64,000 nucleotides of DNA from Candidatus Nezhaarchaeales archaeon (GTDB taxonomy: Archaea > Thermoproteota > Methanomethylicia > Nezhaarchaeales > WYZ-LMO8), in NCBI GenBank assembly GCA_038887515.1, contig JAWAKK010000001.1, positions 541,836 to 605,835 of the forward strand, given 5' to 3'. A model generated the notes under the pieces. The model did no database searches. It saw only the letters and a list, made by a program, of their open reading frames with translations, and was not told the DNA's origin. The first letter of the stretch is position 1. Each line of letters begins with the position of its first letter. The position numbers were made by a program, and so were the translations under genes. Positions 48,065 to 57,705 of the stretch are shown here, piece by piece.

Positions 48065-48669
48065 TCATCTTACCTTCAACTTTTTTATGTTTTTAATTAA
48101 GCTTCTAGAGGAAGTGATCCATCCAAACATGTTACTTATATTCCAGAGAGATGACCTTCTAGCGCAGTTAGGTCCTATAGCTTCGCAGCAGTCTGATACA
48201 ACTATTGGCCAGAACTCTCTAAAGAAGGCGTCTCGAACCGTTGATTCCACGCATATGTTTAACGCTATCCCCACGAAAAAAGAGGTACTTGACCTTAAGC
48301 TGTTTGAGTACCTCCTCAAGCTTTGTATTTACGAACCCGCTGTACCTCTGCTTGTTGATTACGATGTCTCCTGCTAAAGGTTTAACTTCATCGATTATCT
48401 CGGGATTCAGGTCCACCGGCGTCGGATAGATCTTGCGAGTATACGTGCCTGACGTAGATTATCTTTAACCCTGCCTCCCTCCAAGAAGCTAAAACTCTCT
48501 TAACTGGTTCAATTATTCTCCGAAGCCTTGAAATGTCGAATCCCAATATGTCAAACATACCGCCATAGCTTAAGAAGGCTTTCTGCATGTCAACAACTAT
48601 TAAGCAGGACCTCGTTAAATCCACGGTCACAGGGCTTGGTTTTGCCGGAAGCCTAATCAAATTAGGCAT
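48065..48669 (-). pseudogene. Isochorismatase/RutB-like cysteine hydrolase, disrupted
   Basis: VVDMQ, KQRYSGF and GIALNICVEST.RDA lie in three different frames; apparent internal deletion after GGPES and an extra T in a T6 run (48276-48281). Confidence 0.85.
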
Positions 48670-48753
48670 TTTTACCACCAAAGCTATTCGATAGAACTTA
48701 ATCTATCGTATTGAATATAAGCTTGCTGAATCCCTAATTAATGGGGTGTAGCG

Positions 48754-49041
48754 TTGATAACCGTCAAGGTACGGCCCCTCTTCAACCTAAAGAGAATTAT
48801 AGGTTCGAGCGAGTTGACGCTGAAGCTGAAAGAGGGATCCACGATAAGAGACTTAATTTATGTGCTAGTTGAACGCTATGGGGATGAGCTTGAGAAGCTT
48901 CTCTTAAAGGGAGGAGATGAAGGCAAAAGGAACATAGCCATTTTTGTTAACGGTAGGCTTATAGATTTCATAGATGGCGACGCTACGAGGCTTTCCGACG
49001 GCGACGTGGTTTCCATGATACCCCCGGCTGGAGGAGGTTAA
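48754..49041 (+). CDS. moaD: MoaD/SAMP ubiquitin-like sulfur carrier
   Basis: IFVNG...L.DGD.V..IPPAGGG with C-terminal GG; near aor. Confidence 0.9.
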   Translation: MITVKVRPLFNLKRIIGSSELTLKLKEGSTIRDLIYVLVERYGDELEKLLLKGGDEGKRNIAIFVNGRLIDFIDGDATRLSDGDVVSMIPPAGGG

Positions 49042-49137
49042 AAAACTTAAGATCGAGCCAAGGTTTTAGTCATGGAGCCTACAGGAAACTACTTAAAAAC
49101 CTCGGGGCATTGACTACTATTTTGGTGTTCTTGGGAA

Positions 49138-50658
49138 TTGCTTAAGCTTAAAGGCGATGTATTTAAGGATGTTATTGAAAAAGATCGAGACGTATACAAA
49201 TTTAAGACCTTCTTAGCTGGTGACTGGGTTAGCGGCGAAGAAAGCGTTGAAGTGAGGAGCCCCATAGATCTCAGCGTGATAGCTAGAGTTCCAAAGCTGA
49301 CGTTCGATGAAGCTGAAAGGACCTTGGACGTCGTATATAAAGCTGGTAGGTGGAAGATCAGGGACGTGCCGGGGTGGAGAAGGCTTGATATGCTAGAAAG
49401 GTTGGCTGACCTAATGGAGGAGTACAGCGAAGACCTCGTAGAGACATTAATAGTCAACACCGGAAAGACTGGGCCCCAAGCGATTGGTGAAGTAAATGCT
49501 TCAATAGATAGGCTTAGAAGAGCCGACTTAGATGCTAGGAAGATATTCGGTGAGTACATACCAGGCGACTGGGATCAGACAACCATGGAGACGGAGGCAA
49601 CCATAAGGAGAGAGCCCCTCGGAGTTGTCTTGGCCATTGTGCCTTTCAACTACCCGCTCTTCGATTCAGCCGCTAAGTTCGCCTACAGCATTGTGGCTGG
49701 AAACGCCGTAATGATAAAGCCTCCATCGGCAGACCCGCTACCAGTCTTACTATTCGCAAGACTAATTGAAGAGGCCGGGTTCCCCAAAGAATCCTTTGCT
49801 GTCCTAACCCTACCAGGCGGGGAGAGCGGTAGACTCGTAGCAGACGAAAGAATCCACGTAATCAGCTTTACTGGAAGTAGCGAGACCGGCAAAAAAGTGC
49901 TAGCTGCAGCTGGGATAAAGCAGTTCGTAATGGAGCTTGGCGGGGGAGACCCAGCAATAGTCTTAGAGGACTCCAACCTAGAGCTAGCCGCAGAAAGGAT
50001 AGCTGCGGGAATATATAGCTACGCTGGACAGAGGTGCGACGCGATAAAGCTCGTCATCGTAGAGGAGAGCATATACGACGAGTTTAAGAGAAAGTTGGCG
50101 AAGGAGCTAGCTAAAGTAGTCGTAGGAGACCCTAGGGATGGCATAACGGTCATGGGCCCGCTGATAAGTCCGGATGCTGTAGATAGGATGCTCAATGCAG
50201 TTGAAGAAGCAGTAAGTAGGGGAGGAACCGTAGTCTACGGTGGCAGGAGGCTTGGATCGACGTACGTGGAGCCGACATTAGTGGAGTTCCTCAATAAGAG
50301 TTCCTTAAAGGATTTAAGACTATATAGGGAGGAAGTCTTCGCCCCCGTAGCGTTGATCACGAGCTTCAAGGAATTGGATGAAGCAGTAGATTTAGCGAAT
50401 GGTAGAAGGTACGGGTTGGACGTATCCATATTTGGCTTCAACATAGAGAGGCTAAGGAGGCTCATTAGGTTCCTCGAGTTTGGAGCCATATACGTAAACG
50501 ACATGCCTAGGCACGGAGTCGGCTACTACCCCTTCGGAGGTAGAAAGGAATCTGGGATTGGGAGGGAAGGAATAGGCTACTCGATAGAGTACGTGACGGC
50601 CTACAAGACCATAGTCTTCAACTTTAGAGGTATGAGAATTTGGAAGTACGCTGGGTAG
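49138..50658 (+). CDS. gapN: Non-phosphorylating glyceraldehyde-3-phosphate dehydrogenase (Thermoproteus-type GAPN)
   Basis: PFNYPLF, SFTGS, ELGGGDP, YAGQRCDA, EEVFAP, PRHGVGYYPFGGRK. Confidence 0.9.
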   Translation: MLKLKGDVFKDVIEKDRDVYKFKTFLAGDWVSGEESVEVRSPIDLSVIARVPKLTFDEAERTLDVVYKAGRWKIRDVPGWRRLDMLERLADLMEEYSEDLVETLIVNTGKTGPQAIGEVNASIDRLRRADLDARKIFGEYIPGDWDQTTMETEATIRREPLGVVLAIVPFNYPLFDSAAKFAYSIVAGNAVMIKPPSADPLPVLLFARLIEEAGFPKESFAVLTLPGGESGRLVADERIHVISFTGSSETGKKVLAAAGIKQFVMELGGGDPAIVLEDSNLELAAERIAAGIYSYAGQRCDAIKLVIVEESIYDEFKRKLAKELAKVVVGDPRDGITVMGPLISPDAVDRMLNAVEEAVSRGGTVVYGGRRLGSTYVEPTLVEFLNKSSLKDLRLYREEVFAPVALITSFKELDEAVDLANGRRYGLDVSIFGFNIERLRRLIRFLEFGAIYVNDMPRHGVGYYPFGGRKESGIGREGIGYSIEYVTAYKTIVFNFRGMRIWKYAG

Positions 50659-51103
50659 GCTCACGCAATCTCGGTGACGAAAGTCTTTGTCGACCAGTAT
50701 ACGCAGTTGAAGCACGTTAAACCTTAACTTTAAGCTGTAGCCTGCCTTTAGGCGTTGAAGCGGGAAAGGTCCTCCAAAGCCACTCGTTAACTTTACGTCT
50801 CATCTCGACGACAAGCGCCGCTACCGCTAGCCGAGGCTACGAAGTTATTCAGGTCGTCCCAGACCGCGACTACCACGTTGCTGAGCTCAGCATATCCCAC
50901 GGCCTTGGGTCTACGGTCAAGACCGCGAGTCGTCGAAGTTAGCCGTCGTACCGTCAACCCCTACGCCCACATAGGCAGGTCCCTAATCGAGCTTCAACGG
51001 CCGACACACCTCATAAGTCCGCAGTAGGTTAATATAGGGTTGCACCATCAAGGTTTAACGGGAAACCTAGACGCAACACAATGCTTGTAGGTGCAGCGCT
51101 CTT

Positions 51104-51811
51104 ATGGCTAAGAGGAGCTCTTTCTCGCGGGTTATAGACATGCTCCGCGCGTTGAACTGCTTCTACAGTTTAAGGGACTTAGAGGAGGTCCTTGACGTCC
51201 CCTTCCAGAACCTGTGGAGGTACGTTAACCTGCTGAGCGTCCCAGAGGAGAAAACTATAGAGAAAATTATGAGTAGGGTCCGAGAGCTCAAGCTCATCGA
51301 GGAAACCATAGGTAGAGTGCTCTCGGACCCAGACGTAGATATATGGAGCCTAGCTAGGGAACCAGGCTTCCTGAGGCTCTTCTCCCTGGTTATCGAGGAG
51401 CTGGCTGAAGGTTTAAAGGTCGACGTCATCGTGCCCCTATCATACTACGCCTTACCTCTAGCGTCCGTAGTGGCTATGGATCTTGAGACGGCTATTTGCC
51501 CGGTAACAACCTATGGTGCTAGGAGCGAGAGGGAGGGGTTCTATACGGCACATTACATTTCCTCGAGGGATGGAGAGCTACGCATGATAGCTATTCCTAG
51601 GAGGAGCCTACACGGAAGGGAGAGAGCGCTACTGATCGACGTGGTAGTGGACGATTTAAACCTCGTTGAAGCAGTTGTAGGGGTGATAAAGAGAGCTAAG
51701 ATTGAGGAGCAGCTGTTGGTAGCAATACAGATGGCGAAGGAGGTACGCTTAAAGCTAGAAGAGAGTAAGCAGGAGCTTCGGATAGTCAAGGTCTTTAAGA
51801 CTCTACAATAG
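51104..51811 (+). CDS. HTH + phosphoribosyltransferase-like regulator with degenerate PRPP loop
   Basis: N-terminal HTH (YSLRDLEEVLDVP..NLWRYV...P); PRTase-like body with LLIDVVVDD in place of the DDxxxTGxT loop. Confidence 0.65.
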   Translation: MAKRSSFSRVIDMLRALNCFYSLRDLEEVLDVPFQNLWRYVNLLSVPEEKTIEKIMSRVRELKLIEETIGRVLSDPDVDIWSLAREPGFLRLFSLVIEELAEGLKVDVIVPLSYYALPLASVVAMDLETAICPVTTYGARSEREGFYTAHYISSRDGELRMIAIPRRSLHGRERALLIDVVVDDLNLVEAVVGVIKRAKIEEQLLVAIQMAKEVRLKLEESKQELRIVKVFKTLQ

Positions 51812-51853
51812 AAAGAAATAAGAAAAGGGGAGGAAAACAGTTATTAGGGGTTC

Positions 51854-51913
51854 TTACTTCTTAGCTTTCTTCTCTTCCTTCTTTTCGGCTTTCTTCTCTT
51901 CCTTCTTGCTCAT
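51854..51913 (-). CDS. 19-aa Lys/Glu-rich micro-protein MSKKEEKKAEKKEEKKAKK
   Basis: ATG at 51913, TAA at 51856-51854; GAGGCGG RBS 5 nt upstream; TTTTAAG box near 51950-51956; T-rich tract downstream. Confidence 0.55.
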   Translation of the reverse strand: MSKKEEKKAEKKEEKKAKK

Positions 51914-52127
51914 CTTTTCCGCCTCGTCTATTCTCTCTTACATTTAAGAGCTTAAAAGGTTTGTACGTTTACGTGGAGATAACGCTTCCTTAAAGCTAGT
52001 TGAAGAACTGTATACTACTGATTAGTTACTGAACGTTTTAGACTCGCGAACTGCCATGTAGTTGCTGTTGCTCCTCCCGCGACGTTAAAATAAAAACTGT
52101 CGCCCCTATCCTCTCTGGGGATTTAGG

Positions 52128-53369
52128 TTGAGGATAGCTTTCGTCACCATGGAGTACCCTCCCAACGTCTACGGAGGTTTGGGGGTCTACTCTCAGGAGG
52201 TAGCAACGCGCCTAGTTAAGCTAGGCCACGAAGTCCACGTCTTCACAATGAATTCAGGGGAGTTACCGAGAGAGGCCAACGATGGAGGGGTCTACGTTCA
52301 TAGGTTTAAGCCGGTAAACGCTGCCTCCTTACTTAAGGTCGTCGTAAACGAGGAGCTGAATAGGTGGGGGCCCGGCTTTAGGTACTTTAACGACGTCCTG
52401 CTTTACAACGTGGAGGCTGCACTCACAATCGTTAAGCCCTTTGAGGGAGGCGAGGGCTACGATGTCGTAGCAGTCCACGACTGGCTATCGGCGATGGCTG
52501 GGCTCATAGTTAAAGATGAGCTAGGGATACCGTTAATCTTCCACGTGCACTCTACCGAGAAGGGAAGGAACTTTGGTGGAGGATCCGCCACTGTGTCAGC
52601 CTTAGAAGTGTTATGTGCCGATAGGGCGGATTCTATAGTTACGGTCTCTAACGCTATGAGGGACGAGGACTTGATCCCCCAAGGCTTTCCGGCGGGTAAG
52701 ATACGCGTAGTATGGAACGGCGTTGATCCCCACAAGTTTTCACCTTCAAGGGTCTCAGAGCACGCAGTTAAGGAAGTTAAGGATAAGTACGCTACAACTA
52801 ATGGACCCCTAATACTTTTCATCGGTAGGCTCGTTAAGGTCAAGGGTGTAGACAAGCTAATAGAGGCTATGCCGTACGTGGTAAAAGAATACCCGGAAAG
52901 CAGGCTACTTGTGGTAGGTCGGGGGGACCTCTACGACTACCTAGTGCATTTAGCCGGTAAACTCGGCGTAGCTGGCCGCGTTAGCTTCATTGATAAGTTT
53001 CTAGGCGACCAAGAGAAGGTTGTTATCTACGCTGCATGCGATGTAGCTGTCTTCCCCAGCCTGTACGAGCCCTTTGGCATAGTAGCCCTAGAGGCCATGT
53101 CCATGGAGAGGCCCGTCGTCGTCGGCGCTAGGGGTTGTAGTGGTCTTCGTGAAATAGTTGTTCCATCAGGCGCTGGCCAGTGCGGCGTACACGTAAACCC
53201 CTACGACCCCAAAGACATAGCTTGGGGTATAACTGCAGTTCTCTCAAGTCAAGACCGTGGTAGGTGGATGGGCTTGAACGGTAGGAGGAGAGTTCTCGAT
53301 AGCTTTACGTGGGATCATACTGTTTCAAGGACTTTAAAGGTTTACGAGGAAGTCGCTAAGAAAGCTTAG
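52128..53369 (+). CDS. GT4 glycosyltransferase (glycogen synthase-like)
   Basis: EYPP.VYGGLG, HDWL, HSTE.GR, GRL..VKG, PSLYEPFGIVALEAM. Confidence 0.9.
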   Translation: MRIAFVTMEYPPNVYGGLGVYSQEVATRLVKLGHEVHVFTMNSGELPREANDGGVYVHRFKPVNAASLLKVVVNEELNRWGPGFRYFNDVLLYNVEAALTIVKPFEGGEGYDVVAVHDWLSAMAGLIVKDELGIPLIFHVHSTEKGRNFGGGSATVSALEVLCADRADSIVTVSNAMRDEDLIPQGFPAGKIRVVWNGVDPHKFSPSRVSEHAVKEVKDKYATTNGPLILFIGRLVKVKGVDKLIEAMPYVVKEYPESRLLVVGRGDLYDYLVHLAGKLGVAGRVSFIDKFLGDQEKVVIYAACDVAVFPSLYEPFGIVALEAMSMERPVVVGARGCSGLREIVVPSGAGQCGVHVNPYDPKDIAWGITAVLSSQDRGRWMGLNGRRRVLDSFTWDHTVSRTLKVYEEVAKKA

Positions 53370-53591
53370 CTACACGAAGTTGACAGCATTATAAGAATCT
53401 ACCCTATTGTTTATCAGACCGTAGGCTAAGGTCGTCTAGCCAAAGTTCTCTTAATTTAAAATGGTCAACGTCTAGGCGAAACCCATAAATCAGCGGAATC
53501 GCTCGCTCGAACATTCTAGAAGGTGATACCGGCTATAGCATTGAGGACGCGGAACAAGAGTGTGCTTTAAACTTCGCGTATAAAGCTACGT

Positions 53592-53924
53592 TTAAATTAG
53601 CGATACGTCGACTGCTAGTTGCGAGTCAAGTCTCTTCAATTCTAGCTTTTTGAGAGGTCTTTCAGAGATGTTGTTTAACGGCTCGCCGCTCTTAACATTG
53701 AACTTTGCGTAGTGAAAGCCACACGTCAAAGTATGTCCTTCTAACGATCCGAGAAATAGCGGGTAGTCCATGTGAGGACATCGATTATCGTAAGCGTAGA
53801 AGTCGTTTTCAAGTCTTATTATTAGGATTTCGAGGTTCCCCATCTTTACTAGCTTCATCCCGTTCCTAGGCACTTCGTCGACCCTACATAGCTCGACAAG
53901 TTTACCGCTCATACTTCCCTTCAC
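53592..53924 (-). CDS. Rieske-type [2Fe-2S] ferredoxin
   Basis: CPH...CGFH...F...SG. Confidence 0.9.
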   Translation of the reverse strand: MKGSMSGKLVELCRVDEVPRNGMKLVKMGNLEILIIRLENDFYAYDNRCPHMDYPLFLGSLEGHTLTCGFHYAKFNVKSGEPLNNISERPLKKLELKRLDSQLAVDVSLI

Positions 53925-53942
53925 AAAAAAGAGGTTAAGAGT

Positions 53943-54524
53943 TCATTCTATGTGTCTAAACTTCTGCGTGTATGGACCTTCTCCAGGTTTCCTACGTCTA
54001 AAGTGCCCGGAAGGCCTTCCTTCTAGGAGTTCTTGGAACCAAGCCTCGTGCTCTATCTCCTCATGTAAGATCGATAGCGATAGGTCGTATGTTCTCGGAT
54101 CCTTGCCGAAGGTCATGTTGCATATCTCCGTATAAACTCTTACTGCACATCTCTCAGCTTCCAGCAAGACCTTGAGGATGGCCTTTAAATCGCTGGGATC
54201 CGCAGGTAAGTAAGCCGCCGGACAGGCGGCGGCGTCGTGGAGTTCTTTAAGGTCCCTATAAAGTTCGCCTCCAAGCTCATATATGCGTGGCACAAGAGCC
54301 TCGAAATGAAGCCTATCTTCAAGCCTAGCGTCCTCTACGACCTCCTTTATAGCTTCTCCTTCTAGCCCTGTACAATGCATTCTCAAAAGGGTATAATAGT
54401 AGTACGTAGTGAACTCGGCGGCAGCTGCCCTCTTCAACTTATCTATCAGGAGGTCGACGTCGACTCCAGCTTTTTCAACCATTTCCCTTCCAACGTTAGT
54501 AGAATACTTCCTCTCTTTTACCAT
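53943..54524 (-). CDS. dps: DPS-like (DPSL, thioferritin) protein
   Basis: [33 protein letters not shown]. Confidence 0.92.
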   Translation of the reverse strand: MVKERKYSTNVGREMVEKAGVDVDLLIDKLKRAAAAEFTTYYYYTLLRMHCTGLEGEAIKEVVEDARLEDRLHFEALVPRIYELGGELYRDLKELHDAAACPAAYLPADPSDLKAILKVLLEAERCAVRVYTEICNMTFGKDPRTYDLSLSILHEEIEHEAWFQELLEGRPSGHFRRRKPGEGPYTQKFRHIE

Positions 54525-54867
54525 AACTTTGCATCCCTCAATTTTAAAAACAGACCTTTAATCTATTAAATGTGTATTCAGTTTTTTGTATGTCTTAAAA
54601 AACTAATCATTGTACTATTTCGATTTATAAAAATAAAAGAGTATTACGTAGAATGAGAAGCTATATTATAAGTAAAGTAGCTCTCCACCGTAATAGTAAG
54701 TTGTAATTGGAGAACCGTGAACTCAAGTTATCCTGCCTACCTAAGTAAACTTAAGTAAAAATGCAAAACATTTAGCATTGAAACTTGAGTTGCAGTTGAA
54801 GATGGCTGCAATTCTTAGCCCTTGCACCTACGAAGAGGTCCCCCATAAATGGTAAGCCGGTCCTTTA

Positions 54868-55611
54868 TTACTTAATTATGGAGTCTAGGATCATCATTAT
54901 GATGAAGCCTGCTATTAGTCCGAAAGTCGCTTCCCTACCAAAGCCCTTCCTGTGAATCTCAGGGATCATCTCGTCGACCACCACGAAGATCATGGCCCCA
55001 GCCGCGAACGCTAGGCCCCAAGGCAGTAGAGAATGGGAAGCCGACACTAGTATCAGTCCCAGTAGTCCTCCGAGAGGCTCAACTATGCCTGTAAGGGCCG
55101 CGTAGCCGATGGCTCTTAGAGGGCTATACCCTTCCCGTAAGAGGGGGAGCGCTACTGCTAGCCCTTCAGGTAAGTTCTGTAGCCCTATAGCCATAGCGAT
55201 GACTAGCCCGGATTCCACGTTCCCCGTGCCGAAGCTCACGCCTACAGCCAATCCCTCAGGGAAGTTGTGTATCGTTATGGCTATGGTTAGCAACCATACG
55301 TGCGATAGCTTTGACGGCGGCCCCTCAGCACCGGCTACTGGATGGAAGTGAGGGATTAAGCGGTCTATGGCGTGAAGTGCCAGAGCGCCTACTCCGAGAC
55401 CTGCAGCCGATATTAGTGATCCGCCTAACTCGACGGCCGGCACCAATAGGCTGAAGGTGGATGCGGCCAGCATAATTCCAGCAGCGAGCCCTAGAAGGAT
55501 GTCTAGTAAGCTTTCCGAAACCTCCTTTACAAAGAGTACCGGTAGCGCCCCAGCGCCCGTGGCTAGGCCAGCTACTAAGCTGGCCGTGAATCCTATAAGT
55601 ATTGGGTCCAT
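54868..55611 (-). CDS. zupT: ZIP-family (ZupT/GufA) metal transporter
   Basis: HNFPEGLAVG, QNLPEGLAV, AAGAMIFVVVDEMIPE. Confidence 0.93.
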   Translation of the reverse strand: MDPILIGFTASLVAGLATGAGALPVLFVKEVSESLLDILLGLAAGIMLAASTFSLLVPAVELGGSLISAAGLGVGALALHAIDRLIPHFHPVAGAEGPPSKLSHVWLLTIAITIHNFPEGLAVGVSFGTGNVESGLVIAMAIGLQNLPEGLAVALPLLREGYSPLRAIGYAALTGIVEPLGGLLGLILVSASHSLLPWGLAFAAGAMIFVVVDEMIPEIHRKGFGREATFGLIAGFIIMMILDSIIK

Positions 55612-55656
55612 CGGTACCGCTCATCTCGTACCGTATTTCGATAATCCCTAACTCAT

Positions 55657-56859
55657 TTAGCGTAGCCCAAGTCTAGGCTTCCAGGAGCTAGCGGAATATT
55701 CCCGTAAGACTTGTTGGTATACCTTTAAGGTCTTCTCCCCTATAGCGTCCCAAGAGTAAGCTTCTTGCGTGCTCCTAGCGCCGTTCTCGCCCATCCTCCT
55801 CGCCACGTCTTGGTTATCGATCAAGTACTCAATCGCTGAGCTCAGTGCAAGTGCATCGCCTGCAGGTACTTTTAACCCATTGAAGCCGTTAACAACTATC
55901 TCCGACAAGCCTCCAACGTCTGAAACTATGACGGGCTTTCCGGCCGACATGGCCTCTAGGGCTACTATGCCAAAGGGCTCGTACAGGCTGGGGAAGACAG
56001 CTACATCACTTATCCTGTACAACCTCATGAGTTCGAGGTCCTCGACGAAGCCAGTAAAATAGAATTTATGTCTGAACCCAGTCCTATCGACCTTATCCAT
56101 AAGCTCCTTGCGCATTGGCCCTTCACCCACAACAATTACCTTTAAGTCCTGTCTCTTCGATAGTAGCCTTAGTGCCGCTTCTACCAGTACGTGAGGCCCC
56201 TTTTCGTACGTCATCCTCCCCACGAAAAGTACTATCTTCTCCCAGTCCTCAGCGTAGTTCCTCCTTAACTCTTGGAGGCTTACGAAATCCTGCATACGTA
56301 TAGATTCAACCCCGTTGGGTATCACGATGATTTTATCGTCCGGTACGCCTAACGACCTCCTCAGCTCGTCCTTCATGTAGTTGCTGCACACTATCACCTT
56401 CCAGCTTTCGTAAGTTAGCCACCACTCGACTTCGTGGATGTGTCGTTGCAACACGTCCTGTATTAGCCCGCCCCGCCTACCGTACTCGGTCGAGTGCACA
56501 GTCGATATAAGCGGCTTCCTAAGTAAGTGCTTAAGTGTAATGCCAGCCGTCGCCGTCAACCAATCGTGAACGTGAACTACAGAGAAGTCATCTTCCTCTT
56601 CGAGGGCGGCCTCTACCATGTTTAAGTTGAACTGGTGGACCCACGACGGAAAGTCGCTCGATTGGAATCCGCAGCTCGTGACCCTAATGACCTTCAGGTT
56701 CTTCTCCTGCTCTATTGTTGGAACCTCAGGATAATCGAGTGTTATGACGGTTACGCTTACATCTCTACGAGCTAGGGTTCTTGAAAGCCAGTAAACGTGG
56801 CGGGCTAGTCCACCTATAATTCTAGGCGGGTACTCCCAGCTAAGCATTAAGACCCTCAT
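55657..56859 (-). CDS. GT4 glycosyltransferase (glycogen synthase-like)
   Basis: WEYPPRIIGGLARHV, HDWL, HSTEYGR, PSLYEPFGIVALEAM. Confidence 0.9.
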   Translation of the reverse strand: MRVLMLSWEYPPRIIGGLARHVYWLSRTLARRDVSVTVITLDYPEVPTIEQEKNLKVIRVTSCGFQSSDFPSWVHQFNLNMVEAALEEEDDFSVVHVHDWLTATAGITLKHLLRKPLISTVHSTEYGRRGGLIQDVLQRHIHEVEWWLTYESWKVIVCSNYMKDELRRSLGVPDDKIIVIPNGVESIRMQDFVSLQELRRNYAEDWEKIVLFVGRMTYEKGPHVLVEAALRLLSKRQDLKVIVVGEGPMRKELMDKVDRTGFRHKFYFTGFVEDLELMRLYRISDVAVFPSLYEPFGIVALEAMSAGKPVIVSDVGGLSEIVVNGFNGLKVPAGDALALSSAIEYLIDNQDVARRMGENGARSTQEAYSWDAIGEKTLKVYQQVLREYSASSWKPRLGLR

Positions 56860-57440
56860 TTCCTGTTCAGGACCTCCTCAACGGCAGTAGGGACTTCTTT
56901 TGGGCTCGCCGCGACCTTGACCTTGTTGCTAGGCAACTTGTACTCCCGAAGTAACCTGAGAAAAGCTTCGTTGGTCCTTGCAAGTACTAAGTCAGAACGA
57001 TATAGAGATTGCGACTCTAAGCCGCGAATACTTAAGCTTAGGAGGTTCATTTCGCTAGCCCTCATGCTTTCAACGCTGAAGACTGAGGATACCATGGGTT
57101 TCTTCAAGTAACACTTAATTAAGAAGCCAAGAATCGTTCCAGTCCACTCGTATGAGAGTATTAAGTCAATTTTAGGGTGCTCGCAAGATTCATGAATTAT
57201 TGATGAGAAGGCCCTAGAGAAGGCGCCCATGGCTGACAACACGCTCGTCACTATGTTCGTGTTACTCTTTATCGTTATTGCGACCGAATGGTATACAATT
57301 CCATCACTTCTAAATCTTTCATCGGAGTGCCACGGGTATAAAATTACTACTTCGTAGCCTCTATTCACGAGTTCTTGAGCGTCTTCCCTTACTAGTAGGC
57401 CTATCGTACCATCGATATGCCAGGTAACTGCGAGTATCAA
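56856..57440 (-). CDS. Stand-alone GT4 N-terminal-domain-like protein
   Basis: Degenerate equivalents (SYEW for HDW, FSVE..R for HSTE.GR); no nucleotide-sugar-binding half; 4-bp overlap with the full GT4. Confidence 0.65.
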   Translation of the reverse strand: MILAVTWHIDGTIGLLVREDAQELVNRGYEVVILYPWHSDERFRSDGIVYHSVAITIKSNTNIVTSVLSAMGAFSRAFSSIIHESCEHPKIDLILSYEWTGTILGFLIKCYLKKPMVSSVFSVESMRASEMNLLSLSIRGLESQSLYRSDLVLARTNEAFLRLLREYKLPSNKVKVAASPKEVPTAVEEVLNRK

Positions 57441-57457
57441 CAGCGTGCACCCGCCTG

Positions 57458-57703
57458 TTAACTACTTATGGAGAGAGCAGAGATGATCCCCCTGTAGGTT
57501 AGGTAGAATCGACCGCCCTCCTCATTAACGTAGCCGAGCTCCTTACAGCACTTTAAGAGCTCGTTTACTTCGTTCTCGTTCATCATCTTGGAGTACTTCG
57601 CGATTTCGCTTATGCCGACGGCCGTTTCGTCGTTTATTGCCGATAAAAAGTACATGACCGATAAGACCTTATGTATCCTAGATATTAATTCGCACCCGTT
57701 CAT
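57458..57703 (-). CDS. Small winged-helix protein
   Basis: ISEIAK...EVNELL..CKELGYV.E.GGRFYLT.RG; ATG 2 bp after the debranching-enzyme stop. Confidence 0.7.
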   Translation of the reverse strand: MNGCELISRIHKVLSVMYFLSAINDETAVGISEIAKYSKMMNENEVNELLKCCKELGYVNEEGGRFYLTYRGIISALSISS

Positions 57704-57705
57704 AA

